A DNA stretch of 63,837 nucleotides, filler included, from Octopus bimaculoides (GCF_001194135.2; 4 parts of 4 records of this genome joined end to end with filler, not necessarily neighbours in it), one strand, 5' to 3'. Numbered from the whole stretch's first letter, positions 22,738 to 35,142 are shown. Numbers and translations are program-made. The notes: generated by a model from the letters alone, not told the origin.

Positions 22738-23135
22738 TACTTGAGTGCGATCGTTTCCAGCTTCGCCTTACTGGCACTTGTGCCGGTGGCATGTGAACAA
22801 AACATTGGACTGACTCCTGTGCAGGTGGCACGTAAAAAACACCATTTGAGCGTGGCCGTTGCCAGTACCGCCTGACTGGCTTTCGTGCCGGTGGCACATG
22901 AAAAGCANNNNNNNNNNCGTGGCCGTTGCCAGTACCGCCTGACTGGCTTTCGTGCCGGTGGCACATGAAAAGCACCCACTACACTCTTGGAGTGGTTGGC
23001 GTTAGGAAGGGCATCCAGCTGTAGAAATTCTGCCGGATCAGATTGGAGTCTGGTGTAGCCATCTGGTTCACCAGTCCCCAGTCAATTCGTCCTACTCATG
23101 CTAGCATAGAAAACGGACGTTAAATGATTATGATG
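22738..23135 (+). mobile_element. Family D repeat with several GTGCC units
   Basis: Same consensus; one unit is duplicated across a 10-N gap. Confidence 0.85.
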
Positions 23136-23707
23136 AACTAGTTTTCCTTCTCGCCATCTTCGCCATGAACATAATTTATAAATCAGTATATAAGATGTAT
23201 GTGCATTTTTATGGTTTAGAGGAAAGACAAGCATTGATTTTTGTAGGGTCTTAGAGACTGGTGTGAGAAAAGGGAACTCAGAAACTATAACTCATGTTAC
23301 TGTTGTACGAAGTAACATAGCAACATACAGAGTTAACTCCAGACCGGAGACTTGGTCGGAATATTTACGATTGAGTGTACTCTGTCAAAAGGGCATACAA
23401 GGAACGTCATGGTATTAATATCTCTAGTTGAACCAGATCCATCTGATGAAAATAGGTACATTAGAGCCAGTGTAAGATTTCGTTCAACCCAATTTCATTG
23501 ATGAGATTTCGTTCGAGAAAACAGCTAAGGTATTGTGCATTGGCATTAAGCATACAACGGATTGTATTAGGTTACACGTTGTCTGCATTGAAAAATAAAG
23601 CAAAATAATGTCTGTTTTCTAGTAGCCTTAAATGAATCAGCATTTTAATATTAATTAAAAAAGGGAAGTAAAAAAAGGACGCGATTTATTTTGATAAAAA
23701 GAAAATT

Positions 23708-23852
23708 ACTCACCAGTAAATGTTTTCACTTTCCTAAACGAACGGAACAACTGAAACTATGAACGACTCAAAAGCTGGCGCATTATATATAAGCGGAAGT
23801 AAAAAATACGTACAGCACCCATTCTCTGCGCAATAAAAACCCTAACCCTAAA
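23708..23852 (-). promoter_or_regulatory. Candidate Pol II core promoter and short non-coding first exon
   Basis: In minus-strand order: TTTAGGGTTAGGGTTT, TGCGCA, ETS-type ACTTCCGC, TATATAA (23789-23783), Inr-like TCATAG/TCAGTT (+1 at about 23760/23752), then the donor CTG|GTGAGT (23713). A strong acceptor ttatttttcaatgcag| follows at 23583. Confidence 0.5.
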
Positions 23853-23907
23853 CACCGGGTGTACGTATTCTTTAATTTCGTCTTTTATATATATATGTAT
23901 ATATGTA

Positions 23908-23952
<45 letters not shown>

Positions 23953-25435
23953 NNNNNNNNNNNNNNNNNNNNNNNNNNNNNNNNNNNNNNNNNNNNNNNN
24001 NNNNNNNNNNNNNNNNNNNNNNNNNNNNNNNNNNNNNNNNNNNNNNNNNNNNNNNNNNNNNNNNNNNNNNNNNNNNNNNNNNNNNNNNNNNNNNNNNNNN
24101 NNNNNNNNNNNNNNNNNNNNNNNNNNNNNNNNNNNNNNNNNNNNNNNNNNNNNNNNNNNNNNNNNNNNNNNNNNNNNNNNNNNNNNNNNNNNNNNNNNNN
24201 NNNNNNNNNNNNNNNNNNNNNNNNNNNNNNNNNNNNNNNNNNNNNNNNNNNNNNNNNNNNNNNNNNNNNNNNNNNNNNNNNNNNNNNNNNNNNNNNNNNN
24301 NNNNNNNNNNNNNACCACAACTTTCTCTCACTCTTACTTCCTGTTTCTGTTGTGCCTGTAATTCAAAAGGTCAGCCTTGTCACACTGTGTCACGCTGAAT
24401 ATCCCCGAGAACTACGTTAAGGGTACACGTGTCTGTGGAGTGCTCAGCCACTTGCAGGTTAATTTCACGAACAGGCTGTTCCGTTGATCGGATCAACTGG
24501 AACCCTCGACGTCGTGCCAACAATATATATATGTATATATATATTATTTTATTTGTTTCAGTCATTTGATTGCGGCCATGCTGGAGCACCGCCTTTAGTC
24601 GAACAAATCGACCCCAGGACTTATTCTTTTGTAAGCCTAGTACTTATTCTATCGTTCTCTTTTGTCGAACCGATATATATATCTATATAGTTTAAATAAT
24701 GGGATCAGTGAAAGAAGTGGGTGACTAAAAGTGTTTCCATGTCCGTTGAGGAAAGCAGGCAAACCGGTTAGCATTACCAAATTTATTCCGAAACTGCATT
24801 CACCTCGAGTTAACTTGAACAAAAAAATGTTTTCACTCTACAATGCATGACGTGTCACAAAATACATATCACTTTGTACATCATTAAATTTGTAAGAAAA
24901 TCCTTCACTTCTACGTGACGTTTAACAAATTAACATAAACAAATTGGCCTTGTTTGATTATGATTTCAGTTTTTTCAAATCGGTTTGGTCAAGTAAAAAC
25001 ACATTTCCAATTCAAAGCCTGCCTCCGAAAGTTTGCTCAATCATAGCACAAGGGAAATAAGTCATCAGATAAAGCGGAGGTGGGGGAAATCTCACGAAAA
25101 GTTATTTCCCTTACATATAGCAAGGGAAATAATTCTTAATTTACTTTAGTAATATTCTTATATTCTTTTACGCATTTCAGTCATTTGACTGCGGCCATGC
25201 TGGAGCACCCCCTTAAAGGATTTTTGTCGAATAAATCGACCCCAGGACTTATTCTTTGTAAGCCGAGTACTCATTCTATCGGTCTCTTTTGACGAACCGC
25301 TATGTTAATAGGACAGAAACATACCGGCATCGGTTGTCAAACAATGGTGGGGGACAAATGCAGACACAATCATACACACAGAGAAATATATATATATATA
25401 TACTTACATACAAGAGACAAAGTGTACGTACGCCG

Positions 25436-25467
<32 letters not shown>

Positions 25468-26799
25468 NNNNNNNNNNNNNNNNNNNNNNNNNNNNNNNNN
25501 NNNNNNNNNNNNNNNNNNNNNNNNNNNNNNNNNNNNNNNNNNNNNNNNNNNNNNNNNNNNNNNNNNNNNNNNNNNNNNNNNNNNNNNNNNNNNNNNNNNN
25601 NNNNNNNNNNNNNNNNNNNNNNNNNNNNNNNNNNNNNNNNNNNNNNNNNNNNNNNNNNNNNNNNNNNNNNNNNNNNNNNNNNNNNNNNNNNNNNNNNNNN
25701 NNNNNNNNNNNNNNNNNNNNNNNNNNNNNNNNNNNNNNNNNNNNNNNNNNNNNNNNNNNNNNNNNNNNNNNNNNNNNNNNNNNNNNNNNNNNNNNNNNNN
25801 NNNNNNNNNNNNNNNNNNNNNNNNNNNNNNNNNNNNNNNNNNNNNNNNNNNNNNNNNNNNNNNNNNNNNNNNNNNNNNNNNNNNNNNNNNNNNNNNNNNN
25901 NNNNNNNNNNNNNNNNNNNNNNNNNNNNNNNNNNNNNNNNNNNNNNNNNNNNNNNNNNNNNNNNNNNNNNNNNNNNNNNNNNNNNNNNNNNNNNNNNNNN
26001 NNNNNNNNNNNNNNNNNNNNNNNNNNNNNNNNNNNNNNNNNNNNNNNNNNNNNNNNNNNNNNNNNNNNNNNNNNNNNNNNNNNNNNNNNNNNNNNNNNNN
26101 NNNNNNNNNNNNNNNNNNNNNNNNNNNNNNNNNNNNAACGCAAAACATCTAGATAGATAGGTGATACAAGAAAGGGACAACAAAACATCCAGACAGACGA
26201 TACAAAGAAAACAAGGACAGGTCATTCGGAGTTTTCTTTCAGATTATCTTTGCAGTTTCGGCTTGTTATTCTCGATGTTGCTCCAATCTGGCCAGCCCCA
26301 AGGAAAAGCTAAGCTAAGAGCATTAGATTCCTTGGAAGAAAGCAGCGAATGTATACAAAAAGAAAGACGGAAAAAAAACGAACAATGTTACACGAATACA
26401 ATAAAAATAATAAAACAGGAGATAACAACAGATGTCTCTCGACTAAGGACGAATTAAATTAAGCTGGCGTGTGTGGAAGAAAAGCCTTACAGTAGGGATA
26501 CAAGATTTCACAGGCACGACGAACTTCTTTCACTTTCCGTCTACCAAATCCACTCATGAGGCTATAATAGAAGACATTTGCCCTGGGTGCAACGCAGTGG
26601 GACTGAACTCTGAACCATGTGGTTGGGAAGCAAGCTTCTTACCACACAACCATGTCTTAACATTATCTTAGTTACTATCAGTCTTAGCATGATGACAACG
26701 AGAATGAAATAGTATAACAGCACTTTCACTGGCGTGTTCATATAACATATTTTTATTTTTCTGCCTTTCACCAATAAGATCCAACATCACGTAAAAGAA

Positions 26800-27800
26800 A
26801 CGTCTGAATTTTAAGTGTGGTCAAGCATTGTACTGTAATTCAGTTCTTTTATTTTGGAAAATAAGAAAATTAGACAGTTACAACCGATCTCTATTGCAAG
26901 CACACAGGACACATCCAAAAGGAACATTCCATTCAATATGGCAAGCTGTATATGCTCAAGTAGTTACAGACACAAATAGACGAGAAACACGATTGGTAGA
27001 ACGAAATATGTTTCTTCAGAAATAAGAAAAATTAACCCCCCCCCCCAAATCTCAATGAATCATGTCGTAACTAAAGCAAAAGAAATCCGAGTCTATACCT
27101 TACGGTGGAACAACCACGCTGAAGGTGGAAACAGAAATGAAAACAGAAATGAAAACAGAAATGAAAACGCAAATATAATATCCCGTTTGTAGTCACCTAT
27201 AAGCCTAGAAACTACTACATTTTACATTTGGCGAAACGATACCTTCCAGTTCTGTATCAGTCATGGAATCTCCGAAAAACAATTAAAGAATACCAAATTA
27301 TCAACAGCCGAAGAAAACTACCAAATTTCTAAATATTGCTAACAAAGGTGATGTTCACATCGGAAGAAGAAATAAGGCAGGTAACAAAATGGGGAAACTT
27401 CCGTTGTGGGAAATATGAAATCATTTAACCAAGAACAACTAAAAGATTAAAAAATGTGAAGGAATTGAAGGATAAAGCGAACATGAATGGCAAAACAAGG
27501 AAAAAGAAAAAAAAACCCCCAAAAACTCGTCTTTTGCATCACATGCTGACAATGCGATGAGAACTATATCGGAGAAACAGGATCAAAATTGACCAACCGT
27601 GTGAGCGAGCACAAACAGCAAATTAAAGATTCAACTCTTAGAAACGTTTCATGAAATGAACATTTAGACATTTGTACCAATGGAAAAATGAAACTATTTC
27701 CTTTGTGCAAAAGAAAGGAAGAAAACGATCAATTACGAAATGAAAAAGAAGGTTATTTCACAAGAATTCTAAATCAGAAACTAAACCGGAAATAGTCAAC
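26800..27800 (+). mobile_element. Penelope-like retroelement remnant (RT thumb, linker and GIY-YIG)
   Basis: Frameshifted motifs VTTDLYCKHT, RNIPFNMA, IPFVVTYKPRN...LPVL and LVFCITC*QCDENYIGETGSKLTNRVSEHKQQI (YIGET at 27565-27579). Confidence 0.8.
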
Positions 27801-29414
27801 AACATTACAAACAAAAATTTCTTCTAAACGGACTAGTCAAGAACACACGTTTATGAAAAGTTGAACAACGAAAGCGCTTCCACACAGCACGAAAATTTAT
27901 TTCCCAAAGGTTCCTGTCATTCCGTTTTTCAGTTTTATTTTTTTTTTTTTTAAAATAGCAAATAACTTTTAGGAAAATCTTTAAATATTGCGAGTGTATC
28001 AAGTATTTTNNNNNNNNNNNNNNNNNNNNNNNNNNNNNNNNNNNNNNNNNNNNNNNNNNNNNNNNNNNNNNNNNNNNNNNNNNNNNNNNNNNNNNNNNNN
28101 NNNNNNNNNNNNNNNNNNNNNNNNNNNNNNNNNNNNNNNNNNNNNNNNNNNNNNNNNNNNNNNNNNNNNNNNNNNNNNNNNNNNNNNNNNNNNNNNNNNN
28201 NNNNNNNNNNNNNNNNNNNNNNNNNNNNNNNNNNNNNNNNNNNNNNNNNNNNNNNNNNNNNNNNNNNNNNNNNNNNNNNNNNNNNNNNNNNNNNNNNNNN
28301 NNNNNNNNNNNNNNNNNNNNNNNNNNNNNNNNNNNNNNNNNNNNNNNNNNNNNNNNNNNNNNNNNNNNNNNNNNNNNNNNNNNNNNNNNNNNNNNNNNNN
28401 NNNNNNNNNNNNNNNNNNNNNNNNNNNNNNNNNNNNNNNNNNNNNNNNNNNNNNNNNNNNNNNNNNNNNNNNNNNNNNNNNNNNNNNNNNNNNNNNNNNN
28501 NNNNNNNNNNNNNNNNNNNNNNNNNNNNNNNNNNNNNNNNNNNNNNNNNNNNNNNNNNNNNNNNNNNNNNNNNNNNNNNNNNNNNNNATTCTATCGGTTT
28601 CTTTTTGCCAAACCGCTAAGCTACGGGGACGTAAACACACCAGCATCGGTTGTCAAGCGATGGTGGGTGGGGGGACAAATACAGACACACAAACACACAT
28701 ACATATATATATATACATATATACGACAGGCTTCTTTCAGTTTCCGTCTACCAAATCCACTCACAAGGTTTGGTCGGCCCGAGGCTATAGTAGAAGACAC
28801 TTGCCCAAAGTGTCACGCAGTGGGACTGAACCCGGTACCATGTGGTTGGTAAGCAAGCTACTTACCACACAGCTACTCCTTGTATAAAGGATCGTGAGTA
28901 AGGCCAAAGCAATGCGAAGTAAATGCAAGGTAAATCACATACTAGAGTAGAAAGAATATATTTAGAAGGTTGTAAATCACAAGAAAACAAATATCGGCAA
29001 CATTCGTTTATTTTCTTGAAAACGGGGTCATAACCTCGAAATATTGAATATAAGGTAAGTCTACCTTAATTCATATATTTGTTTTCTTGTGATTTACCTT
29101 GCATTTACTTCGCATAGTTTTGGCATTACTCACGATCCTCTATACAATATATATTATGAGTAGTAGTTCATACATCTGAAAAAGAAGCATACCCTAAAAC
29201 ATGATAGCAGTAATATATTTAGAAGGTTGCTTGTTATGACCAGTCAGAGAATGACCATTGGTTTCGCACCTATAAAGCTTGTATATATGCATTTTAGTGT
29301 AAATACGTATGGATGTAAGTTTGCATGTATGCATGAATGTATACGTATGTATGTACACTTATACATATACATATGCACGTACACATGGGCACATGAACGC
29401 AGGATGGCATTGTT

Positions 29415-29615
29415 TATGAAATCTGATCAATAAGTATCCGGGCTGTTGCAATATTAACGACGCTAAATCACGCAGAATGAAGCGGTTTGGCAAAGATTGA
29501 CCTTCAGCTCTGCTGTGCATGCGCACTTAGTTTTAACATTCTAGCACACTTCCGCTGTTTACAGCAGTACTTGGACGAAAGGTGTGTAGCGTGTGATCGT
29601 CGCATTGACCATGGC

Positions 29616-29652
<37 letters not shown>

Positions 29653-30144
29653 GAGAGAGAGAAAGGGAGAGAGAGAGAGAGAGAGAGAGTTGTCATGGCG
29701 ATACCTGCTCAGAGGCTTACGCAAAGTTGCAGAAAGTGTATGGAGGGGAGTGTATGGACCATACACAAGTGTACGAGTGGTTCAGACATAACCAAAATGG
29801 CCGAAAAAATGTCGATATTGACGAACGTACTGGGAGACCCGCAACCAGCAAAACTGAGAAAAACGTTGCAGATGTGTGTGCATCCCTGAGGGGAAATCGT
29901 CGAATTACCATTCGTGAGTTATCAGAGGCTGTGCAGATTAGTTATGGTTCAGTTCAGTCCATTATCATTGAAGATTTGGGTATGAGACGCATGTCTACCA
30001 AGTTTGTGTCAAAATTGCTTTCAGCTGACCGAAGAGACACTCGGGTCTCAGTTGCACAAGATCTCCTTGATTGTGCCGAGAACGATAAAAACTTTTTAAA
30101 AATTTTGTGTAGGCCTCGGAGCAGGTATCGCCAAGCTTTTGGCA
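29415..30144 (+). mobile_element. Mariner-derived fold-back element (transposase N-terminus, then an inverted copy of the left end)
   Basis: TA-TGAAATCTGATCAATAAGTATCC TIR. The HTH region reads GDTCSEAYAKLQKVYG..QVYEWF..GRP..RRITIREL..KFVSKLL, and 29697-29716 is the reverse complement of 30113-30132 (19/20). Confidence 0.85.
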
Positions 30145-30244
30145 NNNNNNNNNNNNNNNNNNNNNNNNNNNNNNNNNNNNNNNNNNNNTTAATTAATTAA
30201 NNNNNNNNNNNNNNNNNNNNNNNNNNNNNNNNNNNNNNNNNNNN
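30145..30244. other. Artificial scaffold spacer (44 N + TTAATTAATTAA + 44 N)
   Basis: The identical 100-nt construct recurs at 54853-54952 and 62604-62703. The 12-mer has stop codons in all six frames. Confidence 0.95.
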
Positions 30245-30293
<49 letters not shown>

Positions 30294-30747
30294 ACATATA
30301 CATCCTCCTATCACACACCTACACATGCAAATATACGAACATCTGCATATCCGTATAAATGAGGGGAACGTGTGCATGAAAGTCACACTTATGCACTGGA
30401 CACAGTCTTGCATTCATATATATACATATATGCATACACATATATACACACGCACACACATATACATATAAAATATATACATACTTATACTCACACACGT
30501 ACACATTCACACAATAAAAAACGAAAAAGAAAACATGAAAAATATGTATGAAAAATAAAAAAAATGTTAAGATATATGGAAAGCTTGTGAAGGAACATAG
30601 TAAAAATGCGGTTTCTCTCCGTGATCTTGGGAGGCCCAAAACACCGTAACAGGTATTTTGTCACATGTGAACATGATCCCAAAAATTCAGTTCATGAATT
30701 GAGACATGTATGTTTGTATATGTGCGGTCGTAGGTGTGTGATAGAAG

Positions 30748-30811
<64 letters not shown>

Positions 30812-31380
30812 CACACACACACACATCACATATATTTACTTTTACTGGTTTCAATCATTGGGTGATAGCCATGCAGGGGAACGTCTTTATTGAGTTAAAT
30901 AAATCAATAGATGAAGTCGATTTCCGTACATAGCTTTTAAGTTTAGTACTTATGTTATTGGTCTCTATTTTTTTTTTATCGAATCGCAGTTACAGAGACA
31001 TAAACAGAATACACACACACACGTGTGTGTAGTATAGATGAGATCCAGAGATTCTCAGTATAGAAAACACTAGCGTTCAAACGATTCAAATTCAAACTCC
31101 AATGTCTTAACGTGGGACCAATTCTACGGGGTAATGAGTGACTACAAGTGGAATCAAGCAGATATGGAGGTAGTTATGCGGATAAAACAAATTATATATA
31201 GCAGCAGCAACTTGGGTTTGAAATACAAAATAATTATATATGTATACATGCAAACAGAGAGAAAGCAAAGACGGAAGATGCTCAGACGATGAATATTGAA
31301 GTATAAATATATAGATATTTACGTTAAAACATCAAACTTACACAGGGTACATATGTATATGTATATATAAGTATGTATAT

Positions 31381-31386
31381 ATGTTA

Positions 31387-31448
<62 letters not shown>

Positions 31449-31461
31449 CCTACCTACCTAC

Positions 31462-31500
<39 letters not shown>

Positions 31501-31517
31501 NNNNNNNNNNTACCTAC

Positions 31518-31590
<73 letters not shown>

Positions 31591-32245
31591 AAATCTATCT
31601 ATCTGTACATGTATGTATGTGTGTGTGCTGTGCGTGTGTGTTGTTTATTGTGTGTGTGTGTGTGTGTATATGCGTGTATGAGCGTGTTTGCACACTGCAA
31701 ATACATTTTCGAGGTCATTGAATTGAGACAGTTATGAAGAAAATAAAAAAGGTGAGAGTAGAGAAGAGAGTGAGATTGAAAGGAATGTAAATGAAGTAAA
31801 TAAACTAAATAATCAGTTAAATAAATAAGTAAATAGATGTAAGTGATAAAATGAGATAAATGAAAGAAAGTAATAAAATCAGTAAATAAATTATTGACCG
31901 AACACTAGCAGAGAGTCAGGTGAGTTCGTCGTTTTCAGCTTTATCCTCACCACCAAACAATGGAGTTAATATAGAACCATATAGTGTAAATACTATAAAT
32001 AAAAGTCCGAAAGTAATAAAGATAACTGCCGCCGCCGCCATCATCACCATCGTCGTCATCATCATCGTTCTTATCATCATCGTTTTCCGTCGTCGTTGTT
32101 GTTGAAATCGTTGTTGCCGACATCGTCTAATGGATGGTATTGAAGCAATCGAGTGAAGAAAAAGGGTTCAAGATTTTACAAATTAAGATAAGGAAAAGGG
32201 ATCTCTTCTTCCTCCTTTTTTCTTCTTCTACTCCTCTTCCCCTCC

Positions 32246-32276
<31 letters not shown>

Positions 32277-32445
32277 CTTCTTCTTCTTCTTCTTCTTCTT
32301 CTTCNNNNNNNNNNNNNNNNNNNNNNNNNNNNNNNNNNNNNNNNNNNNNNNNNNNNNNNNNNNNNNNNNNNNNNNNNNNNNNNNCTCCTCCTCTTCTTCT
32401 TCTTCTTCTTCTTCTTCTTCTTCTTCTTCTTCTTCTTCTTCTTCT
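31381..32445. repeat. (TCTA)n, (TG)n and (CTT)n microsatellites
   Basis: Direct inspection; similar (GATA)n/(TA)n/(CA)n tracts occur throughout the window. Confidence 0.95.
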
Positions 32446-32469
32446 CCACCTCTTCCTTTTTTTTCTTTT

Positions 32470-33125
32470 TCTGTAAGTAGCCACTGATCCTGGGCTGCTA
32501 TGATAAACCATTCTGTCTCTGATTTTATGCCAGAAAACACTAACCATTGATGGGTGAGGGCTTTGTCAATATCAGCATTATTAGTTCTCTTTGGGTATTT
32601 GCAATTGAGAGGTTTTTCTTGCCATTTATCAGTGAGAATATCTAAGGTAGCAATTTTAGCAAGGGTTTTCATATGCTTTGCTTCTTCTGTGCTTGTTTCC
32701 AGTGCATCTAATTCTTGGATTTGCTATATTTAGAATTCACTTAGATATTTCCTTGCCTGTTTTATTAATAAGTTTTCTTGCTTTCGTGCTTTAAGACAAG
32801 TTTTAGCATCTAGTCATCAGAATTTTTCAGATAAATGTTTAGGCTAACTGTGGCAATCTTCAGTGTCAATTGAAGTCCACAGCCACCACCTCCTGGAAAT
32901 TTCCTTTATCCTTTCCTGGAGACTTCCATTTGTTTGATCTTCTGAGAGCAGATCTTACCCCCTCTACCTTGATACCCTCCCACTTTTGCTCGTCTAAGGA
33001 CGCTGAATCAGCAGATATTCTATCAATCTATTGTACGGTTTTTCTTTTGCCCAAACTTTACTCCAAAATCCTTGCACATTTTCTTTTGATGGGAGAGATT
33101 TTACTGTAAATGATATTTTACCTAT
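32470..33125 (-). mobile_element. R4/Dong-clade (RLE-type) non-LTR retrotransposon remnant with the RT core deleted
   Basis: Minus-strand motifs PSKENVQGFWSKVW and RSALRRSNKWKSPGKDK are joined to GGCGL, followed by WQEKPLNCKY...DIDKALTHQWL..GIKSETEWFIIAAQDQWLLT, typical of R4/Dong ORFs. Confidence 0.7.
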
Positions 33126-33233
33126 TTTCCTGTATCGGACACTTTTGCTGAACCGCTAGATTACGGAACGCAAATACACCAACATCGGTTGTCAAGCGGC
33201 AGTGGGGGACAAACACAGGCACGAACACAAACG

Positions 33234-33288
<55 letters not shown>

Positions 33289-33325
33289 TCATTTATATAC
33301 ATGCATACACACATACATACATACA

Positions 33326-33357
<32 letters not shown>

Positions 33358-34298
33358 CACGACGGGCTTCTTTCAGTTTCCGTCTACCACATCCACTCAC
33401 AAGACTCTGGTCGGCCAGAGGCTACAGTAGAAGACACTTGGCCAAGGTACCACGCAGTGAGACTGAATCCAGAACTATGTGGTTAGGAAGCAACCTTCTT
33501 ACTATTCAGCCACGCCTGCACCTTTCATGCAATAGTGAAAATATGTAAAACATTCAAAACGCTCACCGCGTAATAAGTGCATATACACGAAAGCAGACGT
33601 ATCAAAATATGGATGTATTCACGCACATATCATAAAACATATGATTCCATACATGTAATAACATCCATATTTGCACAAACACACTCTCGTGCATACATTA
33701 AAATTATCAATAAACACAATTTTAAAAACTTCAAACCTCATAAGAGTCTGAAAAATTGAACATTAGGCATGTATCTGAATTACAATGAAAAGTATACATA
33801 GGTGCTTACATTAATAAATGCATACATATAGGAAAGTGTGTGCGTGCTACAACAAGATTCTAACTTGGAAAGGTATGAAAGAGAATCTTTATAGTTTTGA
33901 CATTTACGAGATTCATCAATAATAGCTAAAAGCTGTGACAGAGCGGTTGCGTTCAAACGTTGCAGTTTGTTAGTTTATTGGTTCTTTTCATCGTAAATTA
34001 AAAGATAGACTTTTACTGCTGTGAATATCATAAATTTGTGGATTAAAGAAGGACAATGTCGTACGAAATATCACTCCAAAAGAGATTTTCAAAATGTATG
34101 ACTACATCTGTCGAACAGATGTGAATAATTTTCGAGCATTAATTTGCTACTAGACCACAAGGGAAATAATATATGTTGACCGAATTCTGCATTAATAGTT
34201 TTCGATGCAGATAGACACACACACGCACACACAGACAAACAGACAGACAGACAGACGGGTAGGTAGATAGTTAGATGGATGGATGGATAGATAAATAT

Positions 34299-34335
<37 letters not shown>

Positions 34336-34395
34336 GTTGGAGGCTTATCTACGCCCTACACACATAATATACTGTGTATGTATATATATACACGC

Positions 34396-34454
<59 letters not shown>

Positions 34455-34869
34455 GAAGATTGCTGGAATATTTATATGTCGGTAAATGTTTTTTTTCTTC
34501 TGTTCTTAAATCTGAACTAGGTCAGTTTATAGTTTTTCTAGTTCCTCTGAGATCGTTAAATAAAGCGCTAGGTAAATATTAAGATGAGCTATCACATAGA
34601 CAAATGGATGGAAAGACTAGGTAAAGAGATATAAGGGGAAGTATAACAAACATATTATTTTATTCTTTTATTCTTTTACTTGTTTCAGTCATTTGACTGC
34701 GGCCATGCTGGAGCACCGNNNNNNNNNNNNNNNNNNNNNNNNNNNNNNNNNNNNNNNNNNNNNNNNNNNNNNNNNNNNNNNNNNNNNNNNNNNNNNGTTA
34801 TGGGGACGTAAACACACCAGCATCGGTTGTCAAGCGAAGGTGGGGTGACAAACACAGACACACAAACAT

Positions 34870-34932
<63 letters not shown>

Positions 34933-35032
34933 CGACAGGCTTCTTTCAGTTTCCGTCTATCAAATCCACTCACAAGGCTTTGGTCGGCCCGAGGCTATAG
35001 TATAAGTCGCTTCTACTATACTAGTTACTAGT

Positions 35033-35140
35033 GTACTAGCTACAGCGGTACATATTCTAAAATTGGAATGGTACAGAGAAGATTAGCATGATCCCTGCGC
35101 AAGGATGACACGCAAATTCGTGAAGCGTTCCATATTTTTT
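35033..35140 (+). pseudogene. U6: Full-length U6 snRNA retrocopy
   Basis: GTACTAGCTACAGCGGTACATATTCTAAAATTGGAATGGTACAGAGAAGATTAGCATGATCCCTGCGCAAGGATGACACGCAAATTCGTGAAGCGTTCCATATTTTTT aligns end to end with U6. The ACAGAGA box and AGC triad are intact, with several substitutions in the 5' stem-loop and the ISL. It sits inside a SINE with no recognisable upstream PSE/TATA. Confidence 0.92.
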
Positions 35141-35142
35141 AA

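Noticed and set aside
22738-22975. CRISPR-like repeat/spacer pattern in GTGCC-hairpin units and minisatellites
   Set aside because: The context is eukaryotic, the spacers are homologous to each other, the units belong to an RTE 3' UTR, and there are no cas genes.
23837-23852. Telomeric (TTAGGG)2 as an interstitial telomere
   Set aside because: Only two units are present; it is treated as a possible promoter motif instead.
30189-30200. TTAATTAATTAA islands between N runs (also 54897-54908 and 62648-62659)
   Set aside because: The identical 44N-12-44N layout marks an artificial scaffolding spacer, not biology.
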